The translations under genes and the position numbers were made by a program. A stretch of DNA of 64,000 nucleotides from Bacteroidaceae bacterium (GTDB taxonomy: Bacteria > Bacteroidota > Bacteroidia > Bacteroidales > Bacteroidaceae): positions 40,044-104,043 of the forward strand of contig JAFUFW010000055.1 in NCBI GenBank assembly GCA_017469685.1, given 5' to 3'. The notes beneath the pieces are model-generated. The model was not told the DNA's origin. It saw only the letters and a list, made by a program, of their open reading frames with translations, and did no database searches. Below, in pieces: positions 39,866 through 49,650 of this stretch. Every line of letters starts with the position of its first letter. Positions within the stretch are counted from its first letter, which is position 1.

Positions 39866-40450
39866 ATGACAACTAAAAGAAGTATAGTAGGGGCTAAGAT
39901 ACGGACCCTCCGAGAGACCAAAAACCTCACCATCGAAGAGATTGCTGAGCGCAGCGGACTGGCTGCAGAGCAAGTGGCGTCAATCGAAAACGACGAGTAC
40001 CTTCCATCATTAGGCCCCCTCATCAAGGTGGCCAGAGCGCTGGGAGTAAGGCTCGGCACATTCCTCGACGACAGCGACGAGCTTGGACCTGTCGTCGTGA
40101 GGCGAGAAGTGCAGGACCAGGACAGCAGCATAAGCTTCTCTAACGACTCGGTAGAAGCACGCCAGAACATGATCTACCACTCGCTGGCCCGCCAGAAAGC
40201 AGGGCGACACATGGAGCCCTTCATCATCGACGTGAAACCCGACGAGACTCAGGAATTCAAGCTCTCGGCCCACGAGGGCGAGGAATTTATCTACGTACTC
40301 GAAGGCTCCATACAAATAGCCTATGGCAAGACAGTCTATGAGCTCAGCCAGGGCGACAGCATCTTCTACGACAGCATCGTGAAACATCACGTCCACGGGG
40401 CTCCAGGCAAAGCCGCTAAGATCCTCGCGGTGATCTACATCCCTATTTAA
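39866..40450 (+). CDS. XRE-family HTH transcriptional regulator with a C-terminal cupin domain
   Basis: The HTH_3-like segment is IRTLRETKNLTIEEIAERSGLAAEQVASIENDE. The cupin-like segment is HEGEEFIYVLEGSIQIAYG...GDSIFYDS..KHHV. Confidence 0.8.
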   Translation: MTTKRSIVGAKIRTLRETKNLTIEEIAERSGLAAEQVASIENDEYLPSLGPLIKVARALGVRLGTFLDDSDELGPVVVRREVQDQDSSISFSNDSVEARQNMIYHSLARQKAGRHMEPFIIDVKPDETQEFKLSAHEGEEFIYVLEGSIQIAYGKTVYELSQGDSIFYDSIVKHHVHGAPGKAAKILAVIYIPI

Positions 40451-40486
40451 GCCCAACGAACACACCTGTAAGTAAAAAGATTGGCA

Positions 40487-42184
40487 ATGGATAACACGAG
40501 AAGAACATACCCGGCAGAGACCGTCAGCAAGGGATACACCCTCTCTGAACGAACGCTCGGACAATGGCTCGAATACTGGGCCGCAACAACCCCCGAACGC
40601 GAATACATAGTCTACAGCGACCGCGACTTACGCTTCACATGGGCACAATTCAACCAGCGCGTCGACAACCTCGCGAAAGGGCTGCTCGCCATAGGCGTAA
40701 AACGAGGCTCAAACGTAGGCATCTGGGCAACCAATGTGCCCGACTGGCTAACCTTTCTCTATGCCACAGCCAAAATAGGAGCCGTGCTCGTGACCGTCAA
40801 CACCAACTACAAACAAAGCGAGCTGGAGTACCTATGCAAGGACTCGGACATGCACACTCTTTGCATCACCGACGGCACTTGGGAGGCCAACTACGTCGAT
40901 ATGACTTACAGCATGCTGCCCGAGCTGCGCACTGCCGAGCGTGGTCACCTTGCCAGCGACCGCTTCCCATGCCTGAAGAACGTAGTATATATAGGTATGG
41001 AAAAGTACAGGGGCATGTTCAATACCGCTGAACTGCTGCTGCTCGGGCAGAACATAGAGGACGAAGAGCTGGAAGAAGCAAAAAGCAGCGTCACTTGCCA
41101 CGATGTAGTGAACATGCAGTACACCTCAGGCACTACAGGCTTCCCTAAAGGAGTCATGCTCACACACTTCAACATAGCCAACGACGGCTACTTCACAGGC
41201 GAGAACATGGGATTCACCCAAGAGGACAAACTGTGCGTCTGCGTACCGCTGTTCCACTGTTTCGGTGTCGTGCTCGCCACGATGAACTGCCTCACACACG
41301 GATGCACACAAGTGATGGTCGAGAAGTTCGACCCGCTCGTAGTGCTCGCAAGCGTACACAAAGAACGCTGCACGGCGCTCTACGGAGTGCCCACGATGTT
41401 CATCGCCGAGCTGAACCACCCGATGTTCTCGATGTTCGACATGAGCTCACTACGCACAGGAATAATGGCAGGATCGCTATGCCCCGTGGAACTCATGAAA
41501 CAAGTCTCAGAGAAAATGTTCATGACCATCACCTCGGTCTACGGACTTACCGAGAGTTCTCCTGGAATGACACAGACTTGCCTCAACGACTCTTTCGAAC
41601 AACGCTGCACTACCGTTGGGCGCGACTACCCATTCGTTGAGGTGAAAGTGCTCGACCCCGAGACAGGCGAGGAATGCCCGCCTGGCGTGCAGGGCGAGAT
41701 GTGCTGCCGTGGCTTCAACGTCATGAAAGGCTACTACAAGAACCCGCAGGCCACAGCAGAGGTAATCGACGCAAACGGTTTCCTCCACAGCGGCGACTTG
41801 GGAATAAAAGACGAAAACGGCTTCTACCGGATAACCGGACGAATCAAGGACATGATAATCCGAGGAGGGGAAAACGTATATCCACGAGAAATCGAAGAAT
41901 TCCTCTACCACATGCCAGGCATCAAGGACGTGCAGGTTGCTGCCGTACCCTCGAAGAAATACGGCGAGGAAGTAGGCGCCTTCATAATCCTATACGAAGG
42001 CGCCAAGATGACGCCCGAGGACGTACGAGAGTTCTGCAGAGGCAAGATCGCACGCTACAAGACTCCTAAATACGTCTTCTTTGTCGACGAATTTCCTCTC
42101 ACAGGTTCTGGCAAGATTCAGAAATTCAAGCTCAAAGAACTCAGCCTTAAATTGTGCGAGCAGCAAGGCATCGAAGTAATGTGA
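40487..42184 (+). CDS. AMP-binding acyl-CoA synthetase (fatty-acid--CoA ligase type)
   Basis: Motifs [38 protein letters not shown] and GKIQKFKL. The ATG at 40487 lies 6 nt inside the ORF-track TTG start. Confidence 0.88.
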   Translation: MDNTRRTYPAETVSKGYTLSERTLGQWLEYWAATTPEREYIVYSDRDLRFTWAQFNQRVDNLAKGLLAIGVKRGSNVGIWATNVPDWLTFLYATAKIGAVLVTVNTNYKQSELEYLCKDSDMHTLCITDGTWEANYVDMTYSMLPELRTAERGHLASDRFPCLKNVVYIGMEKYRGMFNTAELLLLGQNIEDEELEEAKSSVTCHDVVNMQYTSGTTGFPKGVMLTHFNIANDGYFTGENMGFTQEDKLCVCVPLFHCFGVVLATMNCLTHGCTQVMVEKFDPLVVLASVHKERCTALYGVPTMFIAELNHPMFSMFDMSSLRTGIMAGSLCPVELMKQVSEKMFMTITSVYGLTESSPGMTQTCLNDSFEQRCTTVGRDYPFVEVKVLDPETGEECPPGVQGEMCCRGFNVMKGYYKNPQATAEVIDANGFLHSGDLGIKDENGFYRITGRIKDMIIRGGENVYPREIEEFLYHMPGIKDVQVAAVPSKKYGEEVGAFIILYEGAKMTPEDVREFCRGKIARYKTPKYVFFVDEFPLTGSGKIQKFKLKELSLKLCEQQGIEVM

Positions 42185-42230
42185 TTTTTAATTTTTTAGC
42201 ATTTTCCTTGCTGGTTAAACAAATATTCAC

Positions 42231-42238
42231 TATCTTTG
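42231..42238 (+). promoter_or_regulatory. -7 promoter box (TATCTTTG)
   Basis: tatctttgcag lies about 32 nt upstream of the ATG at 42270. Confidence 0.5.
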
Positions 42239-42269
42239 CAGCGGTATTTAACAAACATAAAGATTACTA

Positions 42270-42953
42270 ATGCGCCGTTCTCTCCTTTTCATACTTCTGT
42301 TCCTGCTCTGCGCCGTGGGCGTATGGAGCTGGCTGGAACGCCCGTGGGAAGGCTGGGCTCTTACCGACGACGGCGCCCGAAAAGGCCAGCAAACCGTTAA
42401 GATCGACCGCTACGACCGCTTACTCGACGAGTATGTCTCACTCGGCAGCTATACGGCGCTCCATAAGATGAATACCGAGTACTCGGCGCAGACAACGATG
42501 CTCATTGAGGATGTGCTGCAACTGGGCAGCGCCATGGAGCCCGACATTGAGAAACGCATGCGATACCTGTACCTTGACTCGACCATGCAGGAACTGCTTG
42601 ACGCGGTCCACGCTGAATTCAACGACGTCAAGGATATAGAGAGACTTTTCGAGGATAGATTCAGATATCAAGAACGAATAAATCCCCGATTCAAGCGACC
42701 ACAAGTCTACACACAAATAGGCCGACTCGGACGCAGTATCGTAGTCAACGACACACTCATTGGCATCAGCCTCGACAAATACCTCGGCACGGACAGCCCC
42801 TTCTACGAAGGACGCTTCTCCGACGAAGAACGAAAGCGAATGCGACGCTATGACATCGTTAATGATGCAATTGAAGCCTACATTGAATACAAACGGCCTA
42901 AAATACTGGTTCCCAACTTCTATTATGACGAGTCTTTTTCTCATCCCCGTTGA
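42270..42953 (+). CDS. GldB-like lipoprotein, short (possibly C-terminally truncated)
   Basis: An N-terminal signal is followed by VKIDRYDRLL... and IGISLDKYLGTDSPFYE. As I recall the GldB sequence, these parallel its VERFDK... and ALELYLGKDHKFYE regions. The ORF ends at 227 aa and overlaps the next gene by 29 nt. Confidence 0.45.
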   Translation: MRRSLLFILLFLLCAVGVWSWLERPWEGWALTDDGARKGQQTVKIDRYDRLLDEYVSLGSYTALHKMNTEYSAQTTMLIEDVLQLGSAMEPDIEKRMRYLYLDSTMQELLDAVHAEFNDVKDIERLFEDRFRYQERINPRFKRPQVYTQIGRLGRSIVVNDTLIGISLDKYLGTDSPFYEGRFSDEERKRMRRYDIVNDAIEAYIEYKRPKILVPNFYYDESFSHPR

Positions 42954-43629
42954 ATTGGGCGACACTTCCCACGAGTATATTCTGCCAAACCACAACCACG
43001 ACATAGTCTGCAGCCTGCACCACTTCATCGTCGAGGACATTCGTTCTGCGCGGCGTTTCCTGAAACGAGTAGACAAGGACATCGACATAGACGGCCTTAC
43101 CTTCTACCCCATGGGCAAGCACGCCGATACAGCCTTGTTTGAGCGCTACCTCCAGCCGCTGGCTGATGGCGAGAGCGTGGGCGTGATTTCCGAAGCAGGC
43201 TGTCCAGCCGTGGCAGATCCCGGAGCCGACATCGTGGCTATAGCACAGCGAAAAGGCTTTCGCGTGGTGCCGCTCGTGGGTCCTTCATCAATCATCTTGG
43301 CCGTCATGGCTTCAGGACTCAACGGCCAGGGCTTCGCCTTCAATGGCTATCTGCCCATCGACCCGAACGACCGAGTCCGCCGTATAAAACAATTAGAGGA
43401 ACGTGCGTGGCGCGAGAAGCAGACACAACTGTTCATCGAGACGCCCTACCGCAACGCCAAGCTCTTCGCCACCTTATGCGAAGCCCTGCGCCCGCAGACC
43501 AGACTCTGTATCGCTGCAGGCATCACGACCGAAAGCGAGTGGATACACACACTGACAGTGGCCCAGTGGAAGCACACCTCCCTACCCGACCTTGCCAAGA
43601 CACCGGCCATCTTCCTCTTTGGAAGATAG
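42925..43629 (+). CDS. SAM-dependent methyltransferase, tetrapyrrole-methylase (TP_methylase / RsmI-like) fold
   Basis: VGVISEAGCPAVADPGADIV, VVPLVGPSSIILAVMASGLNGQGFAFNGYLP and LFIETPYRN. I chose the internal ATG at 42925 because the upstream part of the ORF-track frame looks non-coding. Confidence 0.7.
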   Translation: MTSLFLIPVELGDTSHEYILPNHNHDIVCSLHHFIVEDIRSARRFLKRVDKDIDIDGLTFYPMGKHADTALFERYLQPLADGESVGVISEAGCPAVADPGADIVAIAQRKGFRVVPLVGPSSIILAVMASGLNGQGFAFNGYLPIDPNDRVRRIKQLEERAWREKQTQLFIETPYRNAKLFATLCEALRPQTRLCIAAGITTESEWIHTLTVAQWKHTSLPDLAKTPAIFLFGR

Positions 43630-43721
43630 CCTTTTGCCTTTTTCATACCGCCTTACACACATTAATAATAAGGAAAAGCAAATTTAGTAGCCTTTCCTTT
43701 TGGCTGACGAAAAAAAACATA

Positions 43722-43729
43722 TACATTTG
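43722..43729 (+). promoter_or_regulatory. -7 promoter box (TACATTTG)
   Basis: tacatttgctc lies about 30 nt upstream of the ATG at 43759. Confidence 0.5.
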
Positions 43730-43758
43730 CTCCCGAAATAAACGAAAGCAAGAAATAG

Positions 43759-45216
43759 ATGAAACAAATCATTACAATAACAAGCTTGCTGCTGTGTATG
43801 AGTGCCAATGCTGCACAGCAGAACGAAGTAACAGTAGGACAGAGTCCCGTCATTAAGATACTCAATGCAATGTCAGAAGAGAGCGATTCTGTTCGGCAGG
43901 ACTCAATCACCATACCAACAATACCGGTTCAGACACCCGTTGTGCGTGCAGATGAGCAGAATGCTGCAACGACAAGCGCTGTGACAACGCCAGCAGTGGT
44001 CACAGACACGAAGGTAAATACGTTCTATGTTGACGCACAAGTGCGAGCCCGAGGCGAGTACAACCACGGTGCTATCACCCCCCGTGAGCTCGGCGACGAC
44101 GCAGCTATCTTCATAAACGAAAGAGCCCGTATCACCATGGGCTACGAGCGCCAGAACCTTCAGTTCCGCGCTTCAGTGCAGCACACTGGGGTATGGGGGC
44201 AGGATGCCATTAACGATCGCAACGGCCGCGTAGCAATGAACGAAGCTTGGGCCAAGGGACGCACAAACAACGGACTGTTCATGCAGGTTGGGCGTCAAGT
44301 TCTCTCTTACGACGACGAACGCATCCTCGGTGCTTCCGACTGGAATGTTGCGGGCAACAGCCATGACGCTCTGCGCCTTGGCTACGAGAGTGCGAACCAT
44401 ACAGTGCACATCTTCGGAGCACTCAACCAGACGGCAGAGAACGATCGCGTGGGCAATTATATCGGTCCTATGCCATACAAGAACCTGGCAGGAGCGTGGT
44501 ATCACTTCCAAGCACGTAAGATACCGTTCGGGCTATCCGTGCTATTGATGGACGTCGGCGTTGAACGCACCCGCCTCGGCGAAGCTACTAACGATGTCAA
44601 ATATCTCTCGCTTGCCGGCACACATTTAACATACAAGGTCAACGACTTCGACTTCGCAGCCTCCTTCTACTTCGAGACCGGCACCGAAGCTATGTCCCGC
44701 AAGGATATCTCTGCCTATATGGCCAGCGGACGTGCCGCCTACAACGGCGACATCGTAGGCGGCTTCCTCGGCTACGACTACCTTAGCGGTAACAACGGCC
44801 GCAACACCAACCAGCATGCCTTCAATCCTCTATACGGCACAAGCCATAAGTTCTACGGCGCCATGGACTATTTCACCAGCACCACCAACTGTGGCTTGCA
44901 GGACCCTCACGGCGGCATCTTCGTCAACCTTGGCCGCAAGCGTGCAGAGACCGGTCGTCCCGTAACCCTCAGCGGCACTTACCACTATTTCCTTACCGGT
45001 GAGAAATACGGCGAATATGAGTGGACTATAGGTCACGAGGCAGACTTCCAAGTCACCGCACGCCTCCTGCGCGACTTCACCATCACTGCCGGCTATTCAT
45101 TTATGCTTGGCACCAAGACCTTCGAACTTCTCAAGGGTGGCAATTGTGACATCTGGCAAGACTGGGGCTACCTGACTTTCAGTTTCACGCCACGACTCTT
45201 CAAGTTGAAATGGTAA
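43759..45216 (+). CDS. outer-membrane beta-barrel porin, alginate-export-like family
   Basis: Signal peptide MKQIITITSLLLCMSANAAQ. The alternating amphipathic strands include FYVDAQVRARGEY, and the protein ends with an aromatic residue (W). The family name is from memory of similar Bacteroidota proteins. Confidence 0.55.
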   Translation: MKQIITITSLLLCMSANAAQQNEVTVGQSPVIKILNAMSEESDSVRQDSITIPTIPVQTPVVRADEQNAATTSAVTTPAVVTDTKVNTFYVDAQVRARGEYNHGAITPRELGDDAAIFINERARITMGYERQNLQFRASVQHTGVWGQDAINDRNGRVAMNEAWAKGRTNNGLFMQVGRQVLSYDDERILGASDWNVAGNSHDALRLGYESANHTVHIFGALNQTAENDRVGNYIGPMPYKNLAGAWYHFQARKIPFGLSVLLMDVGVERTRLGEATNDVKYLSLAGTHLTYKVNDFDFAASFYFETGTEAMSRKDISAYMASGRAAYNGDIVGGFLGYDYLSGNNGRNTNQHAFNPLYGTSHKFYGAMDYFTSTTNCGLQDPHGGIFVNLGRKRAETGRPVTLSGTYHYFLTGEKYGEYEWTIGHEADFQVTARLLRDFTITAGYSFMLGTKTFELLKGGNCDIWQDWGYLTFSFTPRLFKLKW

Positions 45217-45327
45217 GGACCTCGCGAGTAGTTACACTCTGCCGGGTTCCTTTCGCCTGATTTACTCTTGACTCCCCTGTGACGACTATCCATTATTTAC
45301 TTTTCACCCTTCAGTATTTACTTTCAG

Positions 45328-46257
45328 ATGTGGACCAAACCTTGGAACTGGCGTGAGGGTTCAGCTATTTGCCTCGTGCTTACAGTGGCAGGCCTACTGC
45401 TTCAATTGCGTTTCGGCCCTGTCTCATGGTCTGTTTTTGCATGGCCCGCCAACATTATAACGCTGGCAACCCTCGTCGGTGCCCTTGTTATAATGCATCT
45501 AACGCGCAAGAGAGTCTACTTTTTCCGCTTTCTCTCAACGCTTCATGCCGCCCTTCCCTCCATCGTCACCTCCCTCGTGCTGACGATGATTATGGGTCTA
45601 ATCAGGCAGGACGATGGCGGACAATGGTTCTCCAACATGCTTACCTTCTGGCCTTTCGTGCTCGCCTATGTCTATATGACTATCATCGTTGGGCTAACCA
45701 CGCTCCGTCGCCTGTCGAGTATCATAAAGGGCCTCATTCCCTCAAAGCCCGCCCAACCGACAAAAGTTCGGGTTAAGCTGAACGACATGGCTTTCGTGCT
45801 CAACCATGCAGGCTTGTTCCTGGCCCTCACATGCGCCACCCTCGGCAATGCCGACCTCCGGGATCTTGAGATGATTACCAACCAAGGAGCAATAGAATGG
45901 CGGGGCGTCGACGCAGACGGCGTTCTCCACGACCTGCCAATAGCCATTGAATTGCAACGCTTTATTATGGAGACCTACGACGATGGTTCTCCTAAACGTT
46001 TTGCTTCAGATATTCGCGTCCGCACCAAACGAGGCAAGGATTTTGAGGCAACTGTCGACGTCAATCACCCCGTAGAGGTTGATGGCTGGAAGATCTATCA
46101 GTACAGCTACGACACACAAGCCGGTGCAGCCAGCCGCATCAGCGTCTTCGAATTGGTGCGCGACCCGTGGCTTCCATACGTCTATGCCGGCATCTTCATG
46201 ATGCTTGCCGGAGCCCTCTTTATGCTCTTTGGCAAGAATTCACGCCCAGCAATGTAA
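45328..46257 (+). CDS. ResB/CcsB-like cytochrome c biogenesis protein (short form)
   Basis: TM helices, NHAGLFLAL, and FASDIRVRT...VDVNHPVEVDGWKIYQYSY...VRDPWLPYVYAG match the ResB layout. The gene lies directly upstream of ccsA. Confidence 0.7.
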   Translation: MWTKPWNWREGSAICLVLTVAGLLLQLRFGPVSWSVFAWPANIITLATLVGALVIMHLTRKRVYFFRFLSTLHAALPSIVTSLVLTMIMGLIRQDDGGQWFSNMLTFWPFVLAYVYMTIIVGLTTLRRLSSIIKGLIPSKPAQPTKVRVKLNDMAFVLNHAGLFLALTCATLGNADLRDLEMITNQGAIEWRGVDADGVLHDLPIAIELQRFIMETYDDGSPKRFASDIRVRTKRGKDFEATVDVNHPVEVDGWKIYQYSYDTQAGAASRISVFELVRDPWLPYVYAGIFMMLAGALFMLFGKNSRPAM

Positions 46258-46301
46258 GCTGCAGCTTCAAACGAGCAACCCTCACACTACGAATTGTCAA
46301 G

Positions 46302-47093
46302 ATGATTTGGGATTATTTCATATTCTTCGCCATCGCAGCCATCGTCCTCTGGGCTTTCGGCGCCATGGCAGCCTGGAAAGGCAAGACCAAGGTGGCCGTA
46401 GCCACGACCGGGCTCGGGCTCGCCATCTTCCTCGCATTCATCATCGCCATCTGGATTACATTCGAACGGCCGCCCTTGCGCACCATGGGCGAGACACGTC
46501 TGTGGTACTCCTTCTTCCTGCCCTTGGCTGGCCTGCTCGTCTACGCACGCCGCCGCTACAGATGGTTATTATCCTTTACAACTGTTCTCTCTTCGGTGTT
46601 TATCTGCGTGAACATCTTCAAGCCAGAGATACATACCAAGGCCCTGATGCCAGCTTTGCAAAGCCCATGGTTCGCCCCTCACGTCATAGTCTATATGATG
46701 GCCTATGCCATCCTTGGTGCTGCAACGCTCATGGCAGTCTACTATCTCATCAAGGCTAAGCGCGGTGAGCCGGCCATATCCGACGACGATGCAGGCCTCG
46801 AGCTCGACGGCATCGTGCGCGCAGGTCTCGCCTTCCTCACCTTCGGCATGCTCTTCGGAGCGCTTTGGGCCAAGGAAGCCTGGGGGCACTACTGGTCGTG
46901 GGACCCGAAGGAGACATGGGCAGCCATAACATGGTTGGGCTACCTCCTTTACATCCACTTCCGCAGCCTCCCTCGCCACAACACCCGCTTAGCTCTGTGG
47001 CTGCTCATCATCGCCTTTGTTCTGCTGCAGATGTGCTGGTGGGGCATCAATTACCTTCCGAGTGCACAAGCCACCAGCGTCCACACCTATTGA
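46302..47093 (+). CDS. ccsA: cytochrome c biogenesis protein CcsA (system II heme handling)
   Basis: Trp-rich WWD motif WAKEAWGHYWSWDPKETWAAITWLGY and multiple TM helices. I used the internal ATG at 46302. Confidence 0.85.
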   Translation: MIWDYFIFFAIAAIVLWAFGAMAAWKGKTKVAVATTGLGLAIFLAFIIAIWITFERPPLRTMGETRLWYSFFLPLAGLLVYARRRYRWLLSFTTVLSSVFICVNIFKPEIHTKALMPALQSPWFAPHVIVYMMAYAILGAATLMAVYYLIKAKRGEPAISDDDAGLELDGIVRAGLAFLTFGMLFGALWAKEAWGHYWSWDPKETWAAITWLGYLLYIHFRSLPRHNTRLALWLLIIAFVLLQMCWWGINYLPSAQATSVHTY

Positions 47094-47129
47094 CCCGCAT
47101 TCCATCAGCATCCGCCATATTATCCAACT

Positions 47130-47161
47130 AAAAAAAGCCTCCGTCACTCGGAGGCTTTTTT
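47130..47161. terminator. bidirectional Rho-independent terminator
   Basis: aaaaaaa-gcctccg-tcact-cggaggc-tttttt. It overlaps the last codons of the minus-strand esterase gene. Confidence 0.75.
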
Positions 47162-47956
47162 GTTTATTATCTCTCTAATATGCTTTTCCAGAAGTCCGAA
47201 GGCAGGATGTGCCATCGAGCCGTGGTCAAAGCCGTCGAGCTCATAGAGCACAGTCTGGCGGTGACCGACGAGTTTCATCATTCGGGCCAGATACTGATTC
47301 TCGTCGTATCGTCCATAAAGCTCCAGCTCGCGGTCGCCGCAGATGAGGATGAAGGGCGGACAATCCTTACGCACCCAGTAGAGCGGTGCATACTCGTCAA
47401 TCGTAGGCTTCAAGGCATCAAGTCCTTGCATCTTTCGAACGTTATAATGTGTTATGGCCTGCCCGCTGAAAGGAATATAAGCGGCTATGGAGTCGGCGTC
47501 AACTCCGTAGCGGTTCAGCCACGCTTTATTAAGGCACAGCATCATAGACAGATAACCACCCGCCGAATGCCCCGTGACAAACACCTTACGGGTGCTGCCG
47601 CCATAGCGTACGATATTGTGCATGACCCACGCCACGGCCTCAGCAGCGTCGTCGATCGTCTTGTCGACTGTGACCTTTGACAACAGACGATAGTTTACAC
47701 CCACAACCACATAGCCACGGCCCCGCAGCTCCTGCGGCACCTCTTTCTGGCCAGCTTCGAGACCGCCTCCGTGGAACCACACCACTACGGGGCAGTCCCT
47801 CTGGCCCTGAGGATAGTAGACATCGAGTTTCAAACGCTCGCGCGAGTAGTCGTCAGTTTTTGCGGTGTATGGGATATCCCTCGTCCAGAAATACTCCTGG
47901 GCATAGCCTGAAGCCACCAGCAACAGGCTCAAAAGCAAACAATACAACTGTTTCAT
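47144..47956 (-). CDS. alpha/beta hydrolase (esterase/lipase, HGGG type)
   Basis: Signal peptide present. VVWFHGGGLEAG is the oxyanion motif and VTGHSAGG is the GxSxG nucleophile elbow. Confidence 0.8.
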   Translation of the reverse strand: MKQLYCLLLSLLLVASGYAQEYFWTRDIPYTAKTDDYSRERLKLDVYYPQGQRDCPVVVWFHGGGLEAGQKEVPQELRGRGYVVVGVNYRLLSKVTVDKTIDDAAEAVAWVMHNIVRYGGSTRKVFVTGHSAGGYLSMMLCLNKAWLNRYGVDADSIAAYIPFSGQAITHYNVRKMQGLDALKPTIDEYAPLYWVRKDCPPFILICGDRELELYGRYDENQYLARMMKLVGHRQTVLYELDGFDHGSMAHPAFGLLEKHIREIINKKASE

Positions 47957-47982
47957 AACATATCAGATAATGATTATTGCGA

Positions 47983-47990
47983 CAAAGATA
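47983..47990 (-). promoter_or_regulatory. -7 promoter box (TATCTTTG) for the esterase gene
   Basis: The minus strand reads tatctttgtcgc, about 27 nt upstream of the ATG at 47956. Confidence 0.45.
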
Positions 47991-48066
47991 GGCATTTTTC
48001 CCATTAAAAACCCTTTCTGCCATGAAATAATTGTCTTTTTGGTAAAAACTTTATTCTCTAATAATT

Positions 48067-48098
48067 AATCTCCAAATCCTAAGCCCTAATCCCTAATC
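48067..48098 (-). repeat. GATTAGGG-type degenerate repeat tract
   Basis: The minus strand reads gattagggattagggcttaggatttggagatt. The same family occurs at 57372-57462. Confidence 0.5.
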
Positions 48099-48104
48099 TT
48101 TTTT

Positions 48105-48112
48105 TATCTTTG
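48105..48112 (+). promoter_or_regulatory. -7 promoter box (TATCTTTG) for rmuC
   Basis: tatctttgtgg lies about 27 nt upstream of the ATG at 48139. Confidence 0.5.
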
Positions 48113-48138
48113 TGGACGAAAATCAATTCTGACAACCG

Positions 48139-49608
48139 ATGGAAACAATCATTTACATGGTCGTAGGCGCCTTGACCGGCGCTGTTATAGGTGCTCTTGT
48201 GGCCTGGCTGGTCATGCGCGGCAAGCTCAACGTCGTCAAGACCATACTCGACGAGCGCACCAGCGAAGGCATTGAGTATCAGCGTACGCTACGCGAACGC
48301 GAGCAGACCTTGACCGCCGAGACTGAGGCCCGGCAGCAGCTGGCCGTTCGTGTGGAAGTGCTAACGACGCAACTCGCCGACCAGCAGCAGCACAGCCGCG
48401 AGGCTCTCCAGGCAAGGGAGGAGGCGGCAGCTGAAGCAATAGCCACTAAGGAACAGGCCGCGCGCGACGCCATGGCGGCCCAGGAACAGCGTCACTCTGA
48501 GGCCTTAAAGGCACAGCAAGAGCGCTTCGACGAGACCATAGCACGCATTTCAGCCCAGATGAAGGATGCCACCAACGAGATGCTGCGGCAGCGGCAGAAG
48601 GAATTCTCCGAGGCTTCAGGCCAAAGCCTGGGCGTAATCGTCAACCCCCTGAAAGAAAACATCGAAGAGCTCAAGCGCACACTGGCCGAGAACAAGAACC
48701 AGCAGAGCGCCGACAGCGGAGCCATAAAAACAATCATCCAGCAGATGATGCAGGCGAGCGAAGAGGCACGCCGCAGCACCGATGAGCTGACACGCGTCTT
48801 CCGCAAGAGCAACAATGTGCAGGGGCTCTGGGGCGAGACCGTTCTCGACGAGCTGCTCGAGAGCCAGGGCCTTACCCGAGGCGTGCACTACGATGTCCAG
48901 CCTACAATTCGCGACGCCGCAGGCAGCGCTGTTATCAGCGACGAAGGCAGCCGTATGCGCCCCGACGTAATCCTACACCTCGACCAGCGCCGCGACGTCA
49001 TCATCGACTCGAAAGTCTCGCTCGCTGCGTACATGGACTTTGTCAATGCTCAGGATGAAGGCGAACGGCAGCGCTCACTGGCCGCCCACGTCAACAGCAT
49101 ACGCGAGCAGGTGAAGAACCTTTCCGTCAAGGACTACAGCTCGTATATCCAACCTCCCAAAGTGCGTATGGACTACGTCATCATGTTCGTGCCCAACACT
49201 GGGGCTCTCTGGACAGCCCTCGGCGCTCAGCCCGACCTCTGGCGCTGGGCCATGGAGCGCAACGTCTATATTGCCGACGAGCAGACGCTCTACGCTGCCC
49301 TGCGCATCATCAACCTGACATGGACGCAGATTCGGCAAGCCGAGAACCATGAGAAGGTCTATGCCCTCGCCGGTGAACTGATGGATCGCGTAGGGCAGTT
49401 CATGAAAAAGTATCAGGCCATCGGCTCTTCGCTCGCCAAGGCCCAACAAGCCTACGACGAGGCCGAGCGCAAGCTCTCGCCCTCGGGCCAGAGCATTCTC
49501 CAGACCTGCGCAAAGCTACAGAAGCTCGGCGCCAAGCAGTCCGACCGCAATCCCCTACCCCAGCTAATCGACATTGACGACATTGAACAATTGAAAAATA
49601 GCAATTGA
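48139..49608 (+). CDS. rmuC: DNA recombination protein RmuC
   Basis: An N-terminal TM helix is followed by a long Q/E/A-rich coiled coil. The RmuC domain carries RPDVILHLDQRRDVIIDSKVSLAAY and DYVIMFVPN. Confidence 0.85.
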   Translation: METIIYMVVGALTGAVIGALVAWLVMRGKLNVVKTILDERTSEGIEYQRTLREREQTLTAETEARQQLAVRVEVLTTQLADQQQHSREALQAREEAAAEAIATKEQAARDAMAAQEQRHSEALKAQQERFDETIARISAQMKDATNEMLRQRQKEFSEASGQSLGVIVNPLKENIEELKRTLAENKNQQSADSGAIKTIIQQMMQASEEARRSTDELTRVFRKSNNVQGLWGETVLDELLESQGLTRGVHYDVQPTIRDAAGSAVISDEGSRMRPDVILHLDQRRDVIIDSKVSLAAYMDFVNAQDEGERQRSLAAHVNSIREQVKNLSVKDYSSYIQPPKVRMDYVIMFVPNTGALWTALGAQPDLWRWAMERNVYIADEQTLYAALRIINLTWTQIRQAENHEKVYALAGELMDRVGQFMKKYQAIGSSLAKAQQAYDEAERKLSPSGQSILQTCAKLQKLGAKQSDRNPLPQLIDIDDIEQLKNSN

Positions 49609-49650
49609 ACATTTTAAATTAAGGTTGAAAGATTTCAAACTATTATTAAT

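Noticed and set aside
39733-40170. 145-aa minus-strand ORF overlapping the promoter and 5' half of the XRE-cupin regulator gene.
   Set aside because: It has Ser/Leu-rich antisense composition and no motifs. The plus-strand gene has clear HTH and cupin signatures.
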